Shown here in pieces: positions 1 to 7,276 of a stretch of DNA of 25,344 bases. The translations under genes were made by a program, and so were the position numbers. The stretch covers positions 14,341-39,684 of the forward strand of contig CAYWNK010000022.1 in the NCBI GenBank assembly GCA_964459495.1, read 5' to 3'. The first letter of the stretch is position 1; the number at the start of each line of letters is the position of its first letter. Under the pieces are notes generated by a model. It saw only the letters and a list, made by a program, of their open reading frames with translations. It was not told the origin of the DNA and ran no database searches. Source of the stretch: an uncultured Planctomycetaceae bacterium. GTDB lineage: Bacteria; Planctomycetota; UBA1135; GCA-002686595.

Positions 1-55
1 CAGGGCCTGCAGCGCGGGGGACCGCGAGCAACGCAGACCTAGCGGGTCTGGTGCC

Positions 56-142
56 CGGCACCGATTCGCCGCATGCAAGAACTCGGGGGCTGGGCGCAAT
101 GCGCCCAGCCCCCGAGTTCTTGCATGCGGCGAATCGGTGCCG
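56..142. repeat. 87-nt perfect palindrome (43-nt arms 56-98 / 100-142, single unpaired A at 99) lying 31 nt downstream of the DUF2911 gene stop; strong hairpin, possible U-tract-less terminator or protein-binding site
   Basis: Reverse complement of 56-98 is identical to 100-142 (checked base by base). No T-run on either side. Confidence 0.7.
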
Positions 143-172
143 AGCTCCAGACCCGCCCGATGCCCTACACGC

Positions 173-1051
173 TTACTCCTTGCAGCGAGCGATCAACGCC
201 TCGTTCAGACGGGTGTACTCAGCCTTGATTAGGCCGCTAGCCTTGGAGGCCATCTCCATCGACTGCTCGGCGGCCGCGATCGCCCCACGCTTGTCGCCCT
301 TCTTGGCGAGGATCAAACCCTTGCGGTACACCATCCAAAAGGCGTCGGGACGGGCTTTCACGCCCTCTTCAATCCAGGCAGCGGCCTTCTCCATGTCGAG
401 ATCGTTCTCGTAGTAGAACATCGCCGCGGAGAAGTAGGGCTTCTCCCCTTCGCCGGCCATGGCCGCTTCAATCTGAGGAACGAGGACTTCGACCACGTTC
501 GTTTCGATCGGAACCGCAACGCGTGTGCTTTCCCACTCCAGCGTCATCGTGGCCCCGGCCGGCTTCAGGCTTTCGAAGCCGATCGCAAAGGTCTCCACCG
601 GAGCTGCCAGGCGCTCAGGCATCACCGTAACCCGGGCCTGGTCCGTGCTCTCGTCGTAGCCGTAGGCCCCGCCCTGATTGGCATTCGTGCTCAAGATCAG
701 GGTCCATTCCTTCTCGCCAGGAATAGAGAACAGCGCATAGTCGCCGGCCGGAACCGCCTCGCCGCCAAAGGTGACGTCCGTGCTGAACGAGACCTTCGTC
801 GCCATGTTCGCACCGGTGCGCCAAACGGTCCCGTAAGGCTCAAGCCCCCCAAAGACCTTGCGCCCACGCATGCTCGGCCGCCCGTAGGCGACCGTGACGT
901 CGGTCAGGCCGATCCGCTGCTGTAGGGTCGCGGCAGGGCTTGCAGCAGGGAATTCCAGCTGCCCCTGCATCGCGTTCTCGGAGTTGCCGGTAGAAACGAA
1001 GAACGAAGCCGCGCTGGCCAGGAGCGCGACGCTGAGAATGGTGTGATTCAT
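173..1051 (-). CDS. Secreted DUF2911-family protein with C-terminal helical (TPR-like) tail
   Basis: ATG at 1051 followed by signal-peptide-like N-terminus (MNHTILSVALLASAASFFVS). Motif block VAYGRPSMRGRKVFGGLEPYGTVWRTGANMAT matches my memory of the DUF2911 signature. High GC3. Confidence 0.65.
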   Translation of the reverse strand: MNHTILSVALLASAASFFVSTGNSENAMQGQLEFPAASPAATLQQRIGLTDVTVAYGRPSMRGRKVFGGLEPYGTVWRTGANMATKVSFSTDVTFGGEAVPAGDYALFSIPGEKEWTLILSTNANQGGAYGYDESTDQARVTVMPERLAAPVETFAIGFESLKPAGATMTLEWESTRVAVPIETNVVEVLVPQIEAAMAGEGEKPYFSAAMFYYENDLDMEKAAAWIEEGVKARPDAFWMVYRKGLILAKKGDKRGAIAAAEQSMEMASKASGLIKAEYTRLNEALIARCKE

Positions 1052-1569
1052 GGCGGGGATCCTAATGGGTTGCAGAGTCCAGGCCCCCTCCTGATCTCCT
1101 CCACTTTTCCTTCATCAAACAAAAGGCAAGCCCGCTCAGCCCCGGGGAGCTTGTCACCGGAAATTCGGTGATTCCGATCCCCGAGCGGCGCCTGACTTTG
1201 CTCCGTTCCCGGGACAGCCAACGGCATTGTGCAAGCGAACGGAACGTGATCTACAGGGGGATGGTGTCGCCGGTTTCAAGCGTCGTCTGGGGCTTGGCAG
1301 CCAATGGCCTTGGGGGCGCTCTCTCCATCCTGCCCCACGTAACTGTCGTTGGGATGGATCCATGTTGGCCCTGCACCGTCGAGAGCTCGGGCAGTGTCCC
1401 CCGGATCGAGCGTGCAGGTCCCACCTGGGCCCCGCCCTAGGAAGAGCCCCAGGCTGGGCCTCATCCAGGGGAAATGGAGAGGGGAATCCCCGGCACTCCC
1501 CTGCGAGGAGAAGCCGGCCGAATCCGAGCTGGGGTCGCTTGCTATGCTCGGGGAAGAGCTTCTATCCCC

Positions 1570-2049
1570 ATGCCGACCCTCCCCCGACCGCTGATTGCCC
1601 TCGCCCTTTTGAGCACCCTGCCACTGGCCGCCTGCAGCAAGACGTACGTTGCGTTTGGTGTCGATGGTGTGCGGCTCGACGAGGGGCAGGGCCGGCCGGG
1701 GGAAGAGCGCGGGGACTGGATCTACCGTTTCTTCGACGGCAGCCTGCGGGCCCGGGGTTCCTACGACTCCGAGGGACACCGAACGGGGATCTGGGAGACC
1801 TTTTTCCGCAACGGTCAGCCCGCCGCAAAGGGTCAGCGCACGTGGGTCCCCGAGGCATCGGGATCCCTGCGCACCGGCCCTTGGACCTTCTGGCATGAGA
1901 ACGGCTTTCGGCGCTCGAAGGGCATCTACAAGCTCGGCCTGCGCGAAGGTCCCTGGGAGTTCTGGAAATCCGATGGGCAGCCTGACCCCGGCCTCTCCGG
2001 TACCTACCGCGCGGGCGAGCGAGTCAGCCCGACCGGCCCCAACGACTGA
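1570..2049 (+). CDS. Lipoprotein with MORN-variant (MORN_2 / YwqK-like) repeats
   Basis: ORF 1474-2049. Preferred start is ATG 1570, giving MPTLPRPLIALALLSTLPLAAC, a lipobox LAAC. Three G-x-W-x-F-(F/W)-x-N/D-G repeats (GIWETFFRNGQ, GPWTFWHENGF, GPWEFWKSDGQ). The TGA stop lies 2 nt before the next ATG. Confidence 0.6.
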   Translation: MPTLPRPLIALALLSTLPLAACSKTYVAFGVDGVRLDEGQGRPGEERGDWIYRFFDGSLRARGSYDSEGHRTGIWETFFRNGQPAAKGQRTWVPEASGSLRTGPWTFWHENGFRRSKGIYKLGLREGPWEFWKSDGQPDPGLSGTYRAGERVSPTGPND

Positions 2050-2051
2050 CC

Positions 2052-3731
2052 ATGATCATCCCCAAGACCCTTCTCCAGCGCCTCGCAGGCCTGGTTTGGA
2101 TCGTCGTCGGCACGAGCCTCGCGGTGCGCGGCGCCCGGATGCTGCCCGCTGCCCGAGACCAGTCCGGAATCTCCTGGACCGTATTCGCCTGCGTTCTCGG
2201 CCTTCTCATTGGAGCCGCCAAGGGCAAGTACGTGCTCTCCAAGAGCGCGCGGAAGAACGTCGTACGTATCCACAAGCTGGAGTCGCCGCGACCCTGGAAC
2301 ATCTTCTCGGCCAAGTTCTATCCCCTCATCGGCCTGATGATCGGTTTCGGCGCTCTGCTGCGCTGGAGCGCCGGCGCTGGCTACCTGAATTGGTCCCCCG
2401 TCGCCGGCCTCTACCTGGGCATCGGAGCCGCGCTCATCGCCAGCTCGATCGCCTACTTCCAGCCTGCACCGGTTCCGCTGGTCACCCGCGTCGACGCACT
2501 CGCCGCGCCGATCGCTCGCCCCACGGGCCTGCTGCTGGTCAATCTCGGCACCCCCGACAGCCTGGACGTCACTTCTGTCCGCCGCTACCTCAAAGAGTTC
2601 CTAGGGGACCGACGTGTGGTGGAGGCCCCGCGCCCGATCTGGTTCTTCGTGCTGCGCTGCATCATCCTGCCCTTCCGCGGCCCGAAGTCCGCCGAGGCCT
2701 ATGGCAAGGTCTGGGGCCCCGAAGGCTCGCCCCTCCTGGTGCACTCCGAAGCCATCGCCAGAGCGCTGCAGGAACGCCTTGGGGACGGCTGGAACGTGCA
2801 GCTGGCCATGCGCTACGGCCAGCCGAGCCTTCGCTCAGGCCTTGAGGCACTGCACCGCGCCGGCGCGGAGGACGCCGTCGTGCTGCCCCTCTTCGCCCAG
2901 GCGAGCAACACAACCACGGGAACCGTCCAAGCCGAGGTGGCACGCCTTGAGGCCCTGCGTCGCGACCCCCTGGCCCTGTCCTTTGTTGGCCCGATGTACG
3001 ACGACCCCGGGTACGTGCGGGCCCTCGCAGAACGGGTGCGGGAAGCGGCCGGGGAGCAGGCTCCAGACTTCTATGTCTTCAGCTTTCACGGGCTCCCCGA
3101 GAGCTACGTCGAGAAGGGCGACCCCTACCTCTGCCACTGCACGGTCACCGCCTTCGCCCTCGCTGCGGAACTTGGCCTCGAGCGCGACCAGTGGGAGCTG
3201 ATCTTCCAATCGCGCTTCGGGTCCTCGCCCTGGCTGCAGCCCTTCGCGGACGAATACGTGCCCGCCCTTGCGGCGGAGCACAAGCGGGTATTGATCTCCC
3301 TGCCCGGATTCGCGGCAGACTGCTTGGAGACTCTGGAGGAGATCGGCCAGGAGCTGGTGGCCGATTTCCAAGCGGCCGGCGGCCAGGAGCTCATCGTCGT
3401 GCCGGCGCTCAACGAGTCCCCCACCTTCATCGAGGCCCTCGCCCAGCGCGTCGAGCCCCTGCGCAGCGCCCGGACCAGCGTGCCCAACCTCGTGGTGGCG
3501 GCTCCCCCCACGGCCCCTGGGCCAGGTTGTCTCGAGCGTATCGAGGCCCAGTCCCAGGCCCCTGGAACCACCGGGCAATCGGGCACTGCTCAAAATGAGA
3601 CAGCAGCCAGCGGGCAGGCGGGGCTGGGCTCGGGGGGCGACCAGCGAACCGCCTCTGACACCGGCCCAGCCGGCAATGCAGAAGGGGATGTAGCGAGGGC
3701 GGGACTCGAACCCGCGACCCCAGGCTTATGA
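2052..3731 (+). CDS. hemH: Ferrochelatase with N-terminal ~150-aa four-helix membrane extension and low-complexity C-terminal tail
   Basis: Core block LLLVNLGTPDS...VRRYLKEFLGDRRVVE...KSAEAYGKVWGPEGSPL...FSFHGLPESY matches the ferrochelatase family. Residues 1-150 carry four hydrophobic helices with high GC3, so they are coding. The last ~14 codons (ARAGLEPATPGL) read antisense through the tRNA at 3691-3764, so the true C-terminus is uncertain. Confidence 0.8.
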   Translation: MIIPKTLLQRLAGLVWIVVGTSLAVRGARMLPAARDQSGISWTVFACVLGLLIGAAKGKYVLSKSARKNVVRIHKLESPRPWNIFSAKFYPLIGLMIGFGALLRWSAGAGYLNWSPVAGLYLGIGAALIASSIAYFQPAPVPLVTRVDALAAPIARPTGLLLVNLGTPDSLDVTSVRRYLKEFLGDRRVVEAPRPIWFFVLRCIILPFRGPKSAEAYGKVWGPEGSPLLVHSEAIARALQERLGDGWNVQLAMRYGQPSLRSGLEALHRAGAEDAVVLPLFAQASNTTTGTVQAEVARLEALRRDPLALSFVGPMYDDPGYVRALAERVREAAGEQAPDFYVFSFHGLPESYVEKGDPYLCHCTVTAFALAAELGLERDQWELIFQSRFGSSPWLQPFADEYVPALAAEHKRVLISLPGFAADCLETLEEIGQELVADFQAAGGQELIVVPALNESPTFIEALAQRVEPLRSARTSVPNLVVAAPPTAPGPGCLERIEAQSQAPGTTGQSGTAQNETAASGQAGLGSGGDQRTASDTGPAGNAEGDVARAGLEPATPGL

Positions 3732-3764
3732 AGCCTGTGCTCTAACCAGCTGAGCTACCTCGCC
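3691..3764 (-). tRNA. tRNA with CAT anticodon (elongator tRNA-Met; tRNA-Ile2/lysidine not excluded)
   Basis: Reverse complement folds as acceptor GGCGAGG/CCTCGCT (G1-U72 wobble), U8, D-arm GCTC-AGCTGGTTA-GAGC, anticodon arm CAGGC-TTCATAA-GCCTG, variable loop GGGTC, T-arm GCGGG-TTCGAGT-CCCGC, discriminator A. CCA is not encoded. The anticodon stem lacks the three G-C pairs typical of initiator tRNA. Confidence 0.85.
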
Positions 3765-4357
3765 GCTTGGCGCGGAAGGTAGCCCCGGCCCCAGCCCGGG
3801 TCAAGCAAAGTCGCAGGCACCTGGCCAGCATCCATACGCATCAGATCAGCGCTTGGACCGCCCAAGGCCGCCTTTGGCCCAGGTGAGGCCGAACTCGGGT
3901 GTTTCCATCCTCGGCAGGACATCCAAAGAACTCAGAAATAAAAGGGCGAGATGCTCCCCCGTTGGTGTTTAGGCATACGGAGCGCGAAAGGTGGAACCTT
4001 GCCACCTGGAGCAACCCTAGCCCTGCTTCGGTAAGGCTACGGTCGGTGATCGCGGGGAACATTCTGCCCGCGTCACTCGGCCTACCGGGACCCTCGGGCA
4101 GAGGGCACCGATTCGGATGAGTCGCTGGCGCGTCAGCTTCGGCTGGCGCGCCTTCTTTTTGACCAGGGGTCTGAGCGCCCCAGCGAGAGCCCCCTGGGAA
4201 GCCCGAATCGAGGGGCACCAGGGAGCGAGGGCGCGCTCCGGGCGTCCCGCCCAAGCCACCCTGGGGTGGATCTCTGATGCATGCGCTGGGCGAAGGCGCA
4301 GAGCACCGCTCCCGGAACACCCCGGGTACGGGGCAAGGGGCCGAAGAAAGGGCCGCC

Positions 4358-4930
4358 CTAGGCGAACTCGGCGCGAATCTCCTGGGCCGACACGTCTTCG
4401 CAGCCCTTGCCCCGCACCGAGTGATAGCCCATCTCGATCTTCGAGGGGGTTCCGCAGGACTCGTTGAAGATCCGGCAGGAATCGATCGGGTTCGCGTAGA
4501 GGTGCAGCGACACCCCCCGTTGCTCCCCCACCGGACGGATCAGATGCCAGGCGATCTCATCCTGGATGAAAGCGACCTCGCCCCTGGACAGCACCGCACT
4601 GCGACCTGCGACAAGCCCTTCCTCGCCGGCGCTGAAATGCACCTCCTCGAGGGATCCCTCCAGAACCGCCATCCAGCAGTGCTGCCCGGCGTGGTCGTGG
4701 ATCGGGCTGACCTGGCCCGGCTCCCAGCACAGCAGGAGCAGCTCGTAGGCGCCGCAGCGGTGCACCAGGTTGCGGGTGTAGCGCTCGTCACTCCAGACCT
4801 GGAACTCACGCCAGTCGCTGTGCTCCTTTGCATAGCTCCCCAGCAGGGCCGCCACACCGGTGCCCTTGGGGTTGGCAGCGAGTTCGCGCTGGATCTGAGT
4901 ACAGAGGGCGTCGATCGGTGCTTGGGTCAA
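4358..4930 (-). CDS. Cysteine dioxygenase type I (cupin)
   Basis: CWEPGQVSPIHDH cupin motif, plus the HCW and LHLY elements typical of bacterial CDO homologues. Apparent TTG start at 4930 overlaps the upstream gene's TGA stop (TTGA). Confidence 0.7.
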   Translation of the reverse strand: MTQAPIDALCTQIQRELAANPKGTGVAALLGSYAKEHSDWREFQVWSDERYTRNLVHRCGAYELLLLCWEPGQVSPIHDHAGQHCWMAVLEGSLEEVHFSAGEEGLVAGRSAVLSRGEVAFIQDEIAWHLIRPVGEQRGVSLHLYANPIDSCRIFNESCGTPSKIEMGYHSVRGKGCEDVSAQEIRAEFA

Positions 4931-5346
4931 GATTCTGCGGGGGCTGGGTTCAACTCGATGCCGCCGCGGGCGGAGGCAAACAGGATGCAGGCGGGGTTGC
5001 TCGGCCCCTCGGGGCTTGCGGAGTCCCCGAGCGCAACCGGGGAGTGCCTGCTGCCCGCAGGATACCTCACAAAGGCACCGGAGCAGTATTCCCCAAGCTC
5101 ATCCCGATACCCACCCGCCAGCACCAGAACGTCCTCGAGGCCCAAATGGAGGTGCGTGGGATAGCCGCAGCCCGGCGCCATTCGGATCAGGACGGTGGAA
5201 CCCGGCCGGCTTCCCTTCGAGGAGGCGGCCCCGGAGTCCCCCTCTGAATCCGAAGCGAGCAAATGCCAGGAGATCCCCGGCCACTGGGTGTCCCGCCAGG
5301 GCACGCCCTGGTCGACCGTGGTGAGGGCGAGTCGCGTTTCGATCAT
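4927..5346 (-). CDS. Cupin-domain protein, ChrR-like (anti-sigma ChrR C-terminal cupin fold)
   Basis: W..G...LL.....G.TVLIRMAPGCGYPTHLHLGLEDVLVLAGGY pattern. High GC3. Overlaps the CDO start by 4 nt, so likely co-translated. Confidence 0.55.
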   Translation of the reverse strand: MIETRLALTTVDQGVPWRDTQWPGISWHLLASDSEGDSGAASSKGSRPGSTVLIRMAPGCGYPTHLHLGLEDVLVLAGGYRDELGEYCSGAFVRYPAGSRHSPVALGDSASPEGPSNPACILFASARGGIELNPAPAES

Positions 5347-5514
5347 GTCGCGAGCAGGAAAACCCGCATTGCCCCTTCCTCACCACGGAAAACCGAGCTA
5401 AGTTAGTTCGTGGCGGTTTTCGGACCGCCGCGCATGAGAGTCCAGTCGGGGTAGTCACCCACTTTGCGAGCGGTGAGTGACTCGGGAAGCCTGGCTGGAA
5501 CTCCTCTCTCCCTC

Positions 5515-5551
5515 GGGCCGGTGATTTCCCGTCACCGGCCCCCTTTTTTTT
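5515..5551 (+). terminator. Rho-independent terminator (10-bp GC-rich stem GGGCCGGTGA/TCACCGGCCC, 7-nt loop, then T8) oriented for plus-strand transcription
   Basis: Perfect inverted repeat 5515-5524 / 5532-5541 followed by CC + TTTTTTTT (5544-5551). A T8 run is very unusual in 70% GC DNA. No annotated plus-strand gene lies upstream. Confidence 0.6.
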
Positions 5552-5834
5552 GCCGTTGGGCCAGCTGAAGAGCTTGCCCGATGGGTCCAGCCCTCGGACG
5601 GTGATGAGCGATGGGGCGATGCAAGGATTCGGTTGGTTGGCCCGTCTAGTGCAGCCTCGGCTGGAACGCCTCGACGCCTTTCGGACACAGTGCTCTAGCG
5701 CGTGACTTAACCTGGGTCACACCTCGGATACAGAATTCCGCAAGCTCTCCGTCAGCCCTCCAACCGGCCCGGTCCGCTGCCCCCCCCCTCGCTGCCCACA
5801 GAGCCTGGAGCGGGCCCCCAGAGGGGAAAATCGG

Positions 5835-7199
5835 CTAGGGCTCGAAGCGCCAGAGGTGCTGGCCAGCTGCGCTCTCGACAACCGTCAGCTCCTGCAGCAC
5901 GGGATCGTAGCTCCAGCCACTCGCCTGGGGCACGCCGTCCCGCAGGACACCAAGCGGAGCCTGCACCACGCCGCGCAGCACCACCGTGTCCCCGGAGTCC
6001 ACGGCGCCCAGGGTGAGCTCCAGGGGCAGCCCCTGGCCAAAACCGCCGTTCCAGCGCCGCAGATTGGTGCGAATCGAAAGCAGGGACTCGCTGCCCGTGA
6101 GCCGAACCGCCCCGGAGCCCAGATCCATGTCGTAGGACAGGCTTGCAAAGCGATCGGGCGTTACCCCACCGATGTCGAAGTAGAGCCAGCGGGCATCCCG
6201 GTCCATGCGCAAGGTGCCCTCGTTCGCAATCTGGCGCTGCTTGCTTGCCAACCAATCGCAGACCTGATCCGCAGGCAAGGTGCTCCAGCTGTGAATACTC
6301 CCGGAAACCGCGTTGAGCTCGTAGTCGGGATTCTGGGCAGCGACCATGAACTCGTCCAAGCGAAGCGTCTGGTCGACCAGGTCCTGCTCGGGGGTGCCCA
6401 ATGCATACCACTGCTGCAGCGGCGTCCGCGTGAGGTTATCGGCCTGGTGATCCCCGCCGGGGACGAGCGCCCGCGTGACGGGGTCGAGCTCCAGGACGGA
6501 CGCGCGCCGGTAGGCGTACGGCTCAAAGACCGGGTTGCCGGAGAAGATCTGGTTCAGGAACGGACGGGCTAGGATGTTCTGTCGCCAGGTGTCAGCCTGG
6601 TCGATCGTGCCCTCGTGGTTGACCACCGCGGCGAACATCGGCCGCCGCGGGTCCCGATGCCGCGCCGCGAAGGCCGTGGCCTGGGCGGCTCCCATGGAAA
6701 ATCCAACCCCATAGATGCGATCGACATCGATCGGGTAGTTGTCGACGACGTAGTCGATACCGGCTTCCGTGAACACCTGACTCTCGACCGAGCCGTAGTT
6801 CACGTCCCGGGCCCCCACCGGAGATCGGGACCCCGCGCTCCACAGGTACCAGCCCCGCTGGGCTGCCTGCTCATCGAACTGCGTTTGCTTGACCTCGTTG
6901 GGCGAAACCCCGAAGGAATGGAAAAAGACGAGCAGCGGACGCTCCCCGCTGAACGGCCCCTGCGGCGGAACCCCGAGCACCCCGACCTCGGGCAGTGGTT
7001 CTCCATCCACGGGAACCAGGATCGTGTAGAGGCCCTCCGCCTGGTACACCGGCGGCCCCCAACGCGACTGCTGCGGCAGCTGAATCGATCCTTGGGCCGC
7101 GCTCGCAGCAGGGCAGCAAACAGCCACCGCCAAGGCGAGCAGGGCGGCCCGGCTGGCCTTCGTGCGAAACCACCGGATCATTGGGAAAGGCCTAAGCAC
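5835..7199 (-). CDS. Secreted alpha/beta-hydrolase, Esterase_PHB (PHB-depolymerase / LpqC-like) family, with uncharacterised ~130-aa C-terminal domain
   Basis: Signal peptide (AALLALAVAVCCPAASAAQG), oxyanion-type block RPLLVFFHSFGV, nucleophile elbow YPIDVDRIYGVGFSMGAAQA (GxSxG). C-terminal block RDGVPQASGWSYDPVLQELTV is shared with the paralog upstream. Confidence 0.7.
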   Translation of the reverse strand: MLRPFPMIRWFRTKASRAALLALAVAVCCPAASAAQGSIQLPQQSRWGPPVYQAEGLYTILVPVDGEPLPEVGVLGVPPQGPFSGERPLLVFFHSFGVSPNEVKQTQFDEQAAQRGWYLWSAGSRSPVGARDVNYGSVESQVFTEAGIDYVVDNYPIDVDRIYGVGFSMGAAQATAFAARHRDPRRPMFAAVVNHEGTIDQADTWRQNILARPFLNQIFSGNPVFEPYAYRRASVLELDPVTRALVPGGDHQADNLTRTPLQQWYALGTPEQDLVDQTLRLDEFMVAAQNPDYELNAVSGSIHSWSTLPADQVCDWLASKQRQIANEGTLRMDRDARWLYFDIGGVTPDRFASLSYDMDLGSGAVRLTGSESLLSIRTNLRRWNGGFGQGLPLELTLGAVDSGDTVVLRGVVQAPLGVLRDGVPQASGWSYDPVLQELTVVESAAGQHLWRFEP

Positions 7200-7276
7200 G
7201 GGTTCACTGTGGATCCGCAGAGCGCGAGAAGATCGCAGTTCCCGCGCCCGCTCGCCAGTCGTACCGGCACATCTCC

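Noticed and set aside
51-413. 120-aa plus-strand ORF at the window start
   Set aside because: It reads through the 87-nt palindrome and then antisense to the DUF2911 gene, with no coding signal.
1168-1440. 90-aa plus-strand ORF in the 520-bp divergent intergenic region
   Set aside because: GC3 of roughly 73% against ~90% in the genuine genes here, and no motifs. Probably promoter region, though a small protein cannot be excluded.
3841-4100. Possible RNase P RNA, tmRNA or SRP RNA in the low-GC patch
   Set aside because: I looked for the universal RNase P P4 strands (GGAAAGUCCGG / ACAGAACCCGGCUUA), the tmRNA tRNA-like 3' end, and the SRP GGAAGCAGCC domain-IV motif on both strands and found none.
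3841-4320. 159-aa minus-strand ORF (and the 4117-4467, 4017-4259, 4133-4336 ORFs) in the gap after the tRNA
   Set aside because: Low-complexity Pro/Arg/Gly translations, weak GC3 bias, no motifs. Treated as non-coding.
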